From a virus (taxonomy: Duplodnaviria > Caudoviricetes), in the IMG/VR virus record IMGVR_UViG_3300008113_010061, positions 1-60,327 of that record: 60,327 nucleotides of DNA, one strand, 5' to 3'. A program made the translations under genes and the position numbers. The notes under the pieces are model-generated. The model ran no database searches. It was not told the origin of the DNA and worked only from the letters and a program-made list of their open reading frames with translations. Below are positions 35,901-44,141 of this stretch, piece after piece; positions within the stretch are counted from its first letter, which is position 1, and each line of letters opens with the position of its first letter.

Positions 35901-37959
35901 CGCAAGATCCTTCAGTGTACGAGCTGTAGATCCTATTGCACAAAGTTTTAAAATTCCCGACAATTTCACCAGCGGTGCATTTGTTACTGATGTGGATTTG
36001 TATTTCCAGAAAAAACCATCAACACAGAGCTTGCCAGTCAGTGTAGAAATTCGTGTATGTGATGCCACAGGACGACCCGACGGATCGGGCGAAATGGTAC
36101 CGGGATCAGAAACTCATTTGCTACCAGAACAGGTCAATGTCGATGCCACTACGGGACGTACGCCTACAAAGTTTACTTTTAAAAATCCTGTGTATCTGTT
36201 GCCCAACAAGAACTATGCCATGGTTGTGCGCACTGACAGCATAAACTATCGTGTATGGACTGCCACTCTGGGGCAGGTAGATCTCAGCACTTCTACCGCC
36301 AGCAGAACCTATAACAAACAGGCACTGCTGGGCAGTTTCTTCAAGTCACAGGATGGCACACTGTGGAGCGAAGATCAGCTCACAGATTTAAAATTTAGGT
36401 TGAATCGTGCAGTATTTACACAGGAGCTAGGAACTGTCAAGGTGGTTAACAAAGTGTTGCCTGGCGAAATCATCAGAGATGAACCATTGATGTTGGTGCA
36501 CGGCAGCAACAAGATACGTGTAACACACATAAATCATGGTCATGCACCCGGAGATAAAGTTCGGTTGGCTAGTCGTTACTGGGCCAGTCAGTATGCTCTG
36601 AATACTTCAGTTGCTATTTTTGGCATACCAGTCACTGAAATTTTTGGTGCTGCTGTAAGTACCGACGACATCATCCTTGATTCAGATACACCATTGACAA
36701 TCAGCACCAACGATGTTATTACACAGGACAGTTATGTCGTGCAGGTAACCACGCCAGCCAATCTAGGTGCGGGTGCCATCACTGGCATTACTGCGGTGCA
36801 GACCGGTGGTGATGATGTTCGAGCTACCTATAACCAGCTGTATCATACAGTCACAGTTGGTGGTAAAGTTCAGGCAGTGCAGGGTACTACACTGAGGTTT
36901 GAAGCTGGCCAGACCGGTGGATTTACCTATGACTCCACTTTGCCCGATGTCACCGGTGAGGTCTACGAAAGATCCTTGCAGACTGTGGACGTCAACAATG
37001 TAAACTTCATGGACGATCCCAAGATTGTGCTGAGCGGCGTCAATGAATTCTATCGAGCCAAAGGCGGTCTGGTGGCGCAGGTAGAGTCCGGCGGGGTTGA
37101 AACAACCTGGAAAGAAAGCTTTGCAGGAACGTTCACCATGAGTACTGACAACGATGCCGTAAGCCCTGCCATAGATCTGAGCACCCTGAGTGTACAGACA
37201 CACCAGTGGCGCCTGGACAATCCAACACGAGCCAATCGTCTGCCAACTACATTGCCGGCAGTGGGAACAGCGTTTACTGGATCTACACAGTTTGTGGACT
37301 ACGAAGAAACCATTGTTGGTGATACCACAATTGCATTCGATGCCGAAACCAATTCATTGATCAGCACTACACCATTGCTGTTCCAGAATTTTGCTGCAGG
37401 CCTGTATGTTGTAGTTTCTGGTAGCAACATAGCTGCAAACAACAGCACCAGTACTGGTGTGCGGGTTGTTAGCATCAATGATACTGCTACTGAAATGGTG
37501 TTGGACGCAGATTTGTCCAACCGTGGTCCAGGCGATGCCATCACCATATATCAGATACGAGATTTTGTCGATGAACGCAGCTATGGTCCGGCATCTGCCA
37601 ACAGCAAGTACATTAGTCGTCGAGTCAATCTAGAAAATCCTGCGACCAGCATTAAAATGCTGATCGATGCCAACATACCCAGCGCGGCCAGCTTCGATGT
37701 ATACTACAAGGTTGGTTCGGCCACTGAAAGATTTGAGACACAACCCTGGTCGCAGTTCACCAATTTACCTAACTACAACAAAGAAGACCGACGCGGAATC
37801 TTCAGCGAAATCGAAGTCAACATCACAGATTTTGATGACGATGGTAATGCCAAGGACCTGCCAGAGTTTACTTCGTTCCAGGTCAAAATAGTGATGCGAA
37901 GCACCAATGGCGCCCGATTCCCATCGTTTAGAAATCTGAGAATAATTGCACATGCTTAA
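29947..37959 (+). CDS. Very large virion structural protein (VrlC/DUF4815-like, 2670 aa)
   Basis: N..PYFDDFDE.K.YYKVLFKPG.AVQ.RELNQLQ.ILQNQ...FG.H.FK.GS.VIPG, APGADRYK, LA.RTYDESGNY, RYTM.DI.....R...LE, K.GFFVD.F, DP.AQSF, GSFFKSQ...W...Q..DLKF.L.RA.F, F..FQ.KIVM...LR.IA. Confidence 0.85.
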   Translation: MDFNQAPYFDDFDEDKQYYKVLFKPGVAVQTRELNQLQTILQNQVTKFGNHVFKDGSMVIPGQVNYNDKVSYVKLASTNLLGEDLGFLEDQILTSNVNEEAAVEATVIKAIPATDAGDPITLIVVYTRGYQDTAGNDFRTFTAGATLYVKGNISYSVTAQGGDNITGPSAVAAQQPGVYYLGGYFVTVPKTVVVVQKYVTSTAVINAKIGIVYTEEIVTYEDDNTLLDNAAGTTNVAAPGADRYKINTDFVMLGLEESRENFFELIRIESGVLQQIINASQYNILEEALAERTYDESGNYVVKDFSFEVRESRNNDRGTWLPNTGYLVNDYIVAYSGTTARYFTCVQSGITAGGTEPALLQLVDESQSVVDGSVRWRYSKRDQLVNNRGYYDVGTSVTSLGNSSQLVLSFGPGRAYIRGFKVDKLAATTLNINKSRETATENNRIIATNIGNYAFFDPNETLGMVDVSTGPEVEFYDRIIGDNTVPLGYGNKVGVGRLLYVDNGVQGTFRIGFDNIRMNLGKVFERDANMMIVPDPAGTLLNKSYQHSGLVRYFGPASGTSGYVQLSGAVQVLPNLSSANDPNNQLNGYGAEGSTLYFGQGGNRSALWQSWNNNTSTNTSYNTITGFAYNASTGFTAWAFASATMVLRGVNTAFTKELLIGETVTIQTSSNTVSSWIVTAIANDTTATISGGPVFNQYTTTGWSSFHGGTINSTETTGVLRSGGTSAGTYTSSALSGFTITAVAPFSANNGSYVYNIAKTSGVGAYGNFSSQLSIGSIIAFCAIDTGIPWTGNALAAGVTGQPYAQFVESTVCPINGYTFSSASTSYGLRTQQWTYQNAGGTSSVAGNISSYMVIGWGDVSVNNNGLTIAGPSLVGTLSTASGMVVLLRGTDSNPVKSGSIAGSPAAITRTARSDVSTSAYVRVTAGTLFGIGTSNAVNTPSRLQTETRNNQQIYLDTATQNNATTIQRISTENRALLSFSATSAATNLTAWTSQSLINGSTSTLLGVTYGTWYSGVAASFASEVFDSFALGINTRRLSGLYKLQDYNGSTGTATVHTALRITGDSTAKFTQELRENDLVKINDNRIFITHISSNNVAYGISMDGSITGSNADFPMLRISNKLVGTEYNSLVFKVADALTDLRDNSYYVYKTEQIDGVLNQSAVTITLAGPTGSLNGEQLFSTNPSAFIVAENTVNSLATPATVIAVNVGATASEYVLTVDSPFQSNRVRVVYPVLHAAANGNVLGGVKSKTLIYDQADEFLNSSVASRTILTLTNSDVYRVNKIMMATGFVESWTPAVQATAVDITTKYAFRANQTNNYYGLSFLTINAGQALPSGSVKVWYDYFEHGLGDFFSLASYSPLQVPRENMPEYNGTPLSDVLDFRSRIDPDTNLLIGNSVPKFDSNFITDLSYYLRRKESVLLDRRGRFYNVTSASALAPREPEISKSTDSLTMYQLTLQPYTTPPDPKNISIVKKEYQRYTMRDIGDMNRRLTSLEEISALNLLEVKTKNLQVRDNADPTLERYKTGFFVDSFKLSEDYSDDDMDTDFTKDSGDPTLYPSAVIRDFDLMEKINFTGAVITGIEQEPIIAARALDNYRITGETITLDYTTSTILQQTMATTSIAVAPFLQANFIGNLELIPDSDIWTTTVTNENAVNSGRDLFTQEQFNAAVRGRRVNVTYFQVAQNAGFNSTNVQQNVYPFMRANTIVLRASGLLPNTKHYVFLDEEPLGEYVTGAMRFKFDSMPVLDFSISVADRNQWAKWRGIDEFQWTTREELRTVWGWRSSGKFGPSHWGAWQEKVKINYLKAVEPRRDAEELALPNSAFGNGYRKSFERGRSVYHYNGSAYVGSAVAMYQKGTTLYCVNARGSMSRAFMKSRPLVNGRRGYTYPNVFYVAVDQNDPKLISQQVFLDEMQTSDDEGNLYSDNDGVIVALFDMPNNALKKFLGGDRTIRISDTLEPDDAISIAEATYTSKGIQITVTRSYETARSFSVRAVDPIAQSFKIPDNFTSGAFVTDVDLYFQKKPSTQSLPVSVEIRVCDATGRPDGSGEMVPGSETHLLPEQVNVDATTGRTPTKFTFKNPVYLLPNKNYAMVVRTDSINYRVWTATLGQVDLSTSTASRTYNKQALLGSFFKSQDGTLWSEDQLTDLKFRLNRAVFTQELGTVKVVNKVLPGEIIRDEPLMLVHGSNKIRVTHINHGHAPGDKVRLASRYWASQYALNTSVAIFGIPVTEIFGAAVSTDDIILDSDTPLTISTNDVITQDSYVVQVTTPANLGAGAITGITAVQTGGDDVRATYNQLYHTVTVGGKVQAVQGTTLRFEAGQTGGFTYDSTLPDVTGEVYERSLQTVDVNNVNFMDDPKIVLSGVNEFYRAKGGLVAQVESGGVETTWKESFAGTFTMSTDNDAVSPAIDLSTLSVQTHQWRLDNPTRANRLPTTLPAVGTAFTGSTQFVDYEETIVGDTTIAFDAETNSLISTTPLLFQNFAAGLYVVVSGSNIAANNSTSTGVRVVSINDTATEMVLDADLSNRGPGDAITIYQIRDFVDERSYGPASANSKYISRRVNLENPATSIKMLIDANIPSAASFDVYYKVGSATERFETQPWSQFTNLPNYNKEDRRGIFSEIEVNITDFDDDGNAKDLPEFTSFQVKIVMRSTNGARFPSFRNLRIIAHA

Positions 37960-38179
37960 TAAAAAAGTTCACATTGCCGATCATGCGGATCTGCGCCGCG
38001 AAGTGTACAGCGGCGCAGTCATCAACGTTGATTCTGAGAGCTATGAAAAATATCTTAAAATAAAAAATAGTCGGCATCAACAACAGGAACGCATTGGCAC
38101 CATGGAAACCAGAATAAATAACATGGAGGCAGACATTGCCGACATAAAAACATTGTTGTACCGACTGCTGGAAAAATAA
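37952..38179 (+). CDS. Small coiled-coil protein following the VrlC-like gene
   Basis: L.R...SGA.IN.D...Y..Y...K, C-terminal DI.DIK.LL..LL; conserved position in T4-like phages. Confidence 0.7.
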   Translation: MLNKKVHIADHADLRREVYSGAVINVDSESYEKYLKIKNSRHQQQERIGTMETRINNMEADIADIKTLLYRLLEK

Positions 38180-38182
38180 CCC

Positions 38183-38521
38183 ATGGCCATAACTACAAAT
38201 CTAACCATAGATCAGGGTGCAGATTTTGAAGCCGTAATTAAATTATACAGCACCAACACCGAACCCCTGAACCTCACCAACTATGGTGCCGTGGCTCAGG
38301 TTCGACGCAGTTATGACAGTACATCGTCCAGCGCGGCGTTTGCTGTCAGCATGCCCATACCCAGCAACGGTGAACTGGTTTTAACCATGGCCAGCACCAC
38401 CAGCGCTGCGTTAAAATACGGGAGATATGTCTACGATGTACTGATCACCAACAGTTCCACGGGCACCAAGACCCGGGCTGTTGAGGGTATAGTAACCGTG
38501 ACGCCACGCGTCACCAGATGA
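38183..38521 (+). CDS. Small virion structural protein
   Basis: NL.IDQGADF, L.L.NY...AQ.R.SY, L..GRYVYDV.I, TR.VEG.V.V.P.VT. Confidence 0.75.
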   Translation: MAITTNLTIDQGADFEAVIKLYSTNTEPLNLTNYGAVAQVRRSYDSTSSSAAFAVSMPIPSNGELVLTMASTTSAALKYGRYVYDVLITNSSTGTKTRAVEGIVTVTPRVTR

Positions 38522-38528
38522 CGCGAAC

Positions 38529-40907
38529 ATGGCAAAAATCAATCGCATAATCCGCAGTAGTTCAAGTCTGGTCACTCTAGCCGAGCTTCAGAGCGGCTCA
38601 GAATTATTCACCAAAACCACGATTAGAAAAACTCAGATCACACCTGAGTTGACGGGTACGGCTGCGCTGGTAAAACGTGCCGAAGTTATACGCCGTGTCA
38701 TTGATCGCATTGTCTACAACGACACCGTCAGTGGTGCGCAGGTATTTGCCGACTATCTGTTGCCCACAGACAGCGCCCTGCTGTTGTTTATTCGTGGTAG
38801 ATTTGTTGACGATGCACTGAATACAGCAGACAATTTGAGATCATTGTTCAACAAACAACCTGCAGATTCACTGGGTCTGCAGGACATCATCACAATTATA
38901 AAAATTTCGGAAAGATTTTTTCAACACAGTATCTTACCGCAGAGTCAGACTACACTGAGATTAGACAAATCGCAGTCCGAACTCGTCGGCATCGCAGATC
39001 AAACAACATTTAACGTAAATCTAGGTTTAACAGATCAGCTGTTCATGGCAGACATCGTCGCCATGGCATTAAATTACAGTTTTCAAGAAATTCTTGGGCT
39101 AGATGATGTTGCTAGATTGGATGTAGTCAAATCTCTGCAACATGATTTAAATGTACAAGAAGTCGCAGTATTGTATTATGCAAAGAATCTAATCGATGTT
39201 CTTGCAGCAGTTGATACCAAAATACTGGATATAACGCAGTTAAAAACCGATGTCGTGGACCTGCAGGATGCACAAAATACTGCGGTTGCATTGAATAAAA
39301 ATCACACAGTATTCGCAACCGATGCAGCTGCACAATCGGTTTCATTGACAAAATTCGATGATGCAATTTTAAGTGAGTTTGTTGGCCTCGATGTTTTTAA
39401 GTCAGTATCAGAAGCCACCACCGTATTTGATGCTGCGCGCAATCTGTTGGCCAAGTTCTTTGCCGAAGACATCATACCCGTGGACCTGGCCGGTGTGTTC
39501 GATGGTATAACCTATTACTATGGACTGTCGCGTGCCCTCAACGTTGCCGTAGGTGATGAATATCGCGCTGCAGTAACCTATCTGCGCAGTCTCGAAGATA
39601 CTGCATTGATATCAGATGTAGTTTCAAATTTAGTATCCAAGCAGTTTAGTCATGCTGTGTCGGTCACAGATGTGTTGGTGACCCTGCTGGCTCGAGGAAT
39701 ACGATTCGAAGAACAACTAAGCATAAACGATGTTCAACGCTTGAATGTTATAAAACTGCTGGTCGATGATCAATCCTTGTTGGATGTCAAGAGCCTGGCA
39801 TCAACTAAAACACTGGCAGATGATAACAACATAAACGATGTTCTGCAGCTAATCCTTGGCGTGTTCAGAACACTGGCAGATGATAACACTGTATCCGACA
39901 TTGCCAAGTTAAGTATAGTTACAGGCAGAACAATACAAGACAGCAGCGACATACTGGATGCCAAGAGCCTGGCATCAACTAAAACACTGGCAGATGATAA
40001 CAACATAAACGATGTTCTGCGACTAACTGCTAGTGTTAGCAGAACACTGGAAGATTCTAGTGCGACTGCAGATACCACAGCCAAGAACATTGGCAAACGT
40101 ATCATACGTAGTGATCAGCTGAGCGAAGCCATAGGATCGCTGACGCAGTCCAGCGGCGTATTCACCAACAGCAACATCTATGACAGCAGCACCAGCATTG
40201 TCATCAGCGCAGCCGGCACTGGACTAGGAACCAGTGGTGGATTTCCCACCTGGAGTCATTTTAGATTTGCCAGTGCCACACCCAGAATACTGACCAGCGA
40301 TCCCATAGATTTTACCAAGTATCCTAGAATTGATTTTCTCTACGTTGTTGGCAATAGTTCCAACGGCGGAGAAAGTCCCGACACCAATGAAGATTTAATT
40401 CTTGAATATTTTCACGTAACCAATGGCTGGACCACTGCAGTAACCATACATGCCGGCGGCGTTGTTGCCAACAACAATGCTCGCCGCGGCTGGACTCCGT
40501 TTAGTTTTAATCTTGCCGCCACTACATCGGGTCTGGTTTCCAATGTCACCAGATTCCGAATACGCCAGAATCTTGCCACCAGTAGCTTAGATAACTACGG
40601 CATCGCCAATCTCACTCTGCGTGGCGGTGAATTTGCACTGCCTCAGGACTACGAAATATTCAGCATGACCAAGTTGTTGCGAGAAACCGCAACACCTGCA
40701 GACAACATACGCAGAGTTTTTGGTACCATCAAGATCTTTACCGAACTATCCATTGTTACGGATAATAGCGTTAAAACTCTGAATAAGGCCATAGCAGATC
40801 CGGCCCTGTCTCAGGATTATGAAATATTCAATCTCACCAAGTTGTTGCGAGAAACCGCAACACCTGCAGACATACAGCGCAGTGCTGAGTCGTGCACACA
40901 AAGTTAG
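38529..40907 (+). CDS. Repetitive fibre-like structural protein, N-terminal part (likely continuous with 40819-43572)
   Basis: About 20-residue Asp-punctuated repeats plus a reelin-like beta-sandwich. The last residues after TPAD (IQRSAESCTQS) look out of frame. Confidence 0.65.
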   Translation: MAKINRIIRSSSSLVTLAELQSGSELFTKTTIRKTQITPELTGTAALVKRAEVIRRVIDRIVYNDTVSGAQVFADYLLPTDSALLLFIRGRFVDDALNTADNLRSLFNKQPADSLGLQDIITIIKISERFFQHSILPQSQTTLRLDKSQSELVGIADQTTFNVNLGLTDQLFMADIVAMALNYSFQEILGLDDVARLDVVKSLQHDLNVQEVAVLYYAKNLIDVLAAVDTKILDITQLKTDVVDLQDAQNTAVALNKNHTVFATDAAAQSVSLTKFDDAILSEFVGLDVFKSVSEATTVFDAARNLLAKFFAEDIIPVDLAGVFDGITYYYGLSRALNVAVGDEYRAAVTYLRSLEDTALISDVVSNLVSKQFSHAVSVTDVLVTLLARGIRFEEQLSINDVQRLNVIKLLVDDQSLLDVKSLASTKTLADDNNINDVLQLILGVFRTLADDNTVSDIAKLSIVTGRTIQDSSDILDAKSLASTKTLADDNNINDVLRLTASVSRTLEDSSATADTTAKNIGKRIIRSDQLSEAIGSLTQSSGVFTNSNIYDSSTSIVISAAGTGLGTSGGFPTWSHFRFASATPRILTSDPIDFTKYPRIDFLYVVGNSSNGGESPDTNEDLILEYFHVTNGWTTAVTIHAGGVVANNNARRGWTPFSFNLAATTSGLVSNVTRFRIRQNLATSSLDNYGIANLTLRGGEFALPQDYEIFSMTKLLRETATPADNIRRVFGTIKIFTELSIVTDNSVKTLNKAIADPALSQDYEIFNLTKLLRETATPADIQRSAESCTQS
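39788..40020. repeat. Exact 59-bp direct repeat (39788-39846 and 39962-40020)
   Basis: CAAGAGCCTGGCATCAACTAAAACACTGGCAGATGATAACAACATAAACGATGTTCTGC twice, 174 bp apart, in frame. Confidence 0.9.
40644..40872. repeat. About 60-bp imperfect direct repeat (from 40644 and 40812); the second copy ends at the frameshift
   Basis: CAGGA(C/T)TA(C/T)GAAATATTCA...ACCAAGTTGTTGCGAGAAACCGCAACACCTGCAGACA twice (QDYEIF..TKLLRETATPAD). Confidence 0.85.
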
Positions 40908-43572
40908 TATTAGCGATGTCATAGCCAAGTATTTGTCCATACAGCTGCGCAGCACAGACATCACAGTGCTGGATGAAATATCAGTACTTAACTTAAGAGG
41001 TCGGGGTGTAACCGATGACCAGACCCTCGCAGATCTCTACAGCCTGTCCATTGTTAAAACCATTGACAGTACGGTAAATACTGCAGATAGTTTCGCCAAA
41101 TCCTTGGGATTGATTGTTTCCGAACTAGTAGATTTTTATCAGCCTAACAATCTTGCACCGCTGACAGAAGGCACAACTTCCAATGTACAGTATGTCACAG
41201 GATTTGCTCTCACCAGCTATGGTACCGTGGCCACTCTGGGAAGTCAGGTCTGTGTTCTGGTGCGTGCATCCGACGATACCAGCGTAGGATATCGATCCAC
41301 TGATCGTGGTCTGACCTGGTCAACCCAGGATTTTGTTACCTATGATTCTAGCACTAGTACAACAAACTCTCTGGTGTTTGTGCATCAACAAACATCGGAT
41401 CGAGTCACCAGTGTAGCCCTGCTGCATCCGTTGTATTCAATACAAACTTCTACGGATTTTGGTGCAACCTGGAGTTCTGTTACTGATAGCTGGACTGGTC
41501 AAAATTTGGATACCGGGTTCTATGCCCCAGTATGGGATCAGGGACGGGGTGCATTTTTTGCCTGGGCAAGAATTTTCGTCACTGCCACCAAGGCTAGCCC
41601 AGCTCAATATAACTGGCGACATGTTTATTCTTCGGGTGCCACCACACAGGCTGGTACACGCTGGAGTCGGGGCAACACCCTTGTTGACAACTCTGGAACG
41701 AATTATTTTCCCTACGGCTCGGCATCGGGCATACCCAGCAGCACCAGCATACCATCTACACTGCTTGTGTTGGGCACTGGTGATGTATATGCCTATCAGG
41801 GCAACAGTCCCTCTATTGCCACCTCTGGCGTACTGGTTCAAACACTGACGTTTTCACAACCAGAAGTGTACAGTACGAACTGGATGGCTTTTGGTAACGG
41901 CATGTTTGTTGTTCTGGATGCCAACGGCAGAGTGCACCGAAGCACCAGCATAACAACCTGGAACACCGTAAATCTGCCTGGTAACAACAACACCGATACA
42001 CATGGTGTGGTCTGGGACACTGGTCTGCAGCAATTTGTAATATCCGCTGGTGGCAAAGGCGAAGGTCTTAGTGCCGATAAAATTGTACCGACATTTTATT
42101 TTAGTGCCGATGCCATAAACTGGACCAGCTCATACTCCAGATATTCCAATGTGCGGTATGCCAAGAGTGGAACTGAGATAAACGCAAAGTTTGCAGCATT
42201 CTCGGGTGAATATTCCACCGGCACCAGTGTGTTGATAGCATTCACAACCGAGACCAGCACAACCAGCATCATACGTACTGAGATGTATGCTGGCACAACA
42301 TTGTACAGAGATGCAACACCGCGCGGTTCCAACCAACCATCGGCCATGCGCTACGATGTTGCGCTCAGCGCCAAGCGTGGCGTGGCCGGCACAGTACAGC
42401 TCAAGACCATACAGACCACCAATCAGTATTCTTCGGTGTTTGTGACACGCAGCAGCGCCGACACTGATCTGGTGGGCAGCATAGACATATTGAAAAAAGA
42501 TCCGGCATTGCAGAAATCCGACATCCTTGTTACAGCCGATGCCGAAAGATTTTCCAGCACGACGATTAAACGTGAAACTGTGCCAGTGTTGTTAGGCGGC
42601 GTTGGTACACGACGCATAGGCAGTGCAGTATCTTCACTAGTGGGAATATATTTTGCCGAGAGTCTTGAAAATTTAGACTACATTAATCAATATAATGCTG
42701 CTACCACAACTCTCATCATTAACAACAGCCTCATTTGGGATACAGGCATAGGGGTGTACATAACTTCAGCGGGCGTAGGCACAAACCAATTCAATGGATT
42801 TCCCACTTACACACATTATCGTTTTGATACCACAGTAACTCGTGTGCTGACCAGCAAAATTAGCCTTCCAGCCAATACTGTTACCATACGATTTTTAAAA
42901 ATACGTGGTTCTAACTTCAACGGCGGTGACGCCACTGAGGCTAGCGATAACCTAATATTAGACTTTCTAAGTTCCAATGGCACCTGGATACAATGGACTG
43001 TGGTACATGCAGGCAATGATACCGGCTCAGCCAACTCCTGGGTACAGACCAGCATCACCAGGACCTTTGCCGAACCCGCAAAATTTAGATTCAGAGGCAC
43101 AGCACTTGGTGGTTTTAATATTGATAACTATGGAGTAACCAATGTAGAGGTGTATCAGGCTCCTGGAGACATAGTACCAACGCCATATGGAACCTATGGA
43201 AGTATTCCAATCTATGGCGGCAACGTGGAAGTTAGCGAAGTCGCCAAGGATGTGGATCTGCTTATGGCGCGGGGCGTCGCTGGGTCTGTGGATCTCAAGA
43301 CACAGGACGCTGTGCAGTCCGTGCCCAATGTGTATCTACAGTCGTCGGTCACAGTTACCCGCACCAGTCGAGATCGCGACGAAGTCGGCGCCGTGGACCT
43401 GTTTCGCAGAGTCTATGGTACGCAGCAACGGCTCGCAGAAAATTCCGGTGATCTTGACCCGTTTGGAAATATAAATACCATGGTCAGTAATGGATCTTTA
43501 CGCATGACAGACTACGTTGACATAGAATACCTGGAAAATGACTATGTTGGCGCATCGCGTTCGTTTTCTTAA
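40819..43572 (+). CDS. Fibre-like structural protein, C-terminal part, with BNR/Asp-box propeller and reelin-like domain
   Basis: YRSTDRGLTW, TSTDFGATW, HRSTSITTW and YFSADAINW motifs; C-terminal DYV...Y...DYVG..R.F. No good own start or RBS. Confidence 0.65.
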   Translation: MKYSISPSCCEKPQHLQTYSAVLSRAHKVSISDVIAKYLSIQLRSTDITVLDEISVLNLRGRGVTDDQTLADLYSLSIVKTIDSTVNTADSFAKSLGLIVSELVDFYQPNNLAPLTEGTTSNVQYVTGFALTSYGTVATLGSQVCVLVRASDDTSVGYRSTDRGLTWSTQDFVTYDSSTSTTNSLVFVHQQTSDRVTSVALLHPLYSIQTSTDFGATWSSVTDSWTGQNLDTGFYAPVWDQGRGAFFAWARIFVTATKASPAQYNWRHVYSSGATTQAGTRWSRGNTLVDNSGTNYFPYGSASGIPSSTSIPSTLLVLGTGDVYAYQGNSPSIATSGVLVQTLTFSQPEVYSTNWMAFGNGMFVVLDANGRVHRSTSITTWNTVNLPGNNNTDTHGVVWDTGLQQFVISAGGKGEGLSADKIVPTFYFSADAINWTSSYSRYSNVRYAKSGTEINAKFAAFSGEYSTGTSVLIAFTTETSTTSIIRTEMYAGTTLYRDATPRGSNQPSAMRYDVALSAKRGVAGTVQLKTIQTTNQYSSVFVTRSSADTDLVGSIDILKKDPALQKSDILVTADAERFSSTTIKRETVPVLLGGVGTRRIGSAVSSLVGIYFAESLENLDYINQYNAATTTLIINNSLIWDTGIGVYITSAGVGTNQFNGFPTYTHYRFDTTVTRVLTSKISLPANTVTIRFLKIRGSNFNGGDATEASDNLILDFLSSNGTWIQWTVVHAGNDTGSANSWVQTSITRTFAEPAKFRFRGTALGGFNIDNYGVTNVEVYQAPGDIVPTPYGTYGSIPIYGGNVEVSEVAKDVDLLMARGVAGSVDLKTQDAVQSVPNVYLQSSVTVTRTSRDRDEVGAVDLFRRVYGTQQRLAENSGDLDPFGNINTMVSNGSLRMTDYVDIEYLENDYVGASRSFS
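43470..43477 (+). promoter_or_regulatory. Late promoter TATAAATA upstream of the 43587 gene
   Basis: Exact consensus inside the 3' end of the upstream gene. Confidence 0.5.
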
Positions 43573-43586
43573 ATAAGGAGCACCAA

Positions 43587-44123
43587 ATGTTCAATTACGA
43601 AGAAACTCAAAAACTTCGTGGTAGCGTTGATATCAAACTCTTCGGCCCCGACGGTAACATCAAAGAAAGTCGCTACATACCCAACCTGGTTGTTCAATCC
43701 GGTAAAACTTTCATTGCTGTGCGCATGCTGGGCACCGGTGGAGCATCGGCGCGTGACACCAGTACCTTGACTAGCTGCATGTCGCACATGGGCATAGGTA
43801 CCAGCACCGTAGCAGCCGCTACATCGGATACCAGCCTGACTGCCGAGGTTGTGGTCGGCGGCGATATCTCAGCCTATAGCCGTGCATCAATTACCACCAG
43901 CAGCAACTCCACCGGCATTGTTACCTATGTGGCTACGTTTAGTACCAACAATCCGCAGCGCACCAACACCAGCAATACTACTGCGATTACCGAGGCTGGT
44001 ATTTTCAACAGCAGTAATACACAGTCCACCGGTGGTACCATGCTTTGCCGCACAACCTTTAACGCTGTTAACAAGGGTAACGACGATACACTGCAGATCA
44101 CCTGGACCATTACAATCTCCTAA
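43587..44123 (+). CDS. Virion structural protein (tail fibre/collar-associated)
   Basis: AGGAG RBS; NLVV..G, MGIGT, T.L..E, ITEAGIFN...GTMLCRT.F..VNK...D.L.ITWTI. Confidence 0.75.
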   Translation: MFNYEETQKLRGSVDIKLFGPDGNIKESRYIPNLVVQSGKTFIAVRMLGTGGASARDTSTLTSCMSHMGIGTSTVAAATSDTSLTAEVVVGGDISAYSRASITTSSNSTGIVTYVATFSTNNPQRTNTSNTTAITEAGIFNSSNTQSTGGTMLCRTTFNAVNKGNDDTLQITWTITIS

Positions 44124-44141
44124 TCATAATGGGGCAGCCGC

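Noticed and set aside
39788-40872. Diversity-generating retroelement template/variable repeat pair
   Set aside because: One repeat pair is identical and the other differs at non-adenine positions. Both are in-frame coding repeats and no reverse transcriptase is present in the window.
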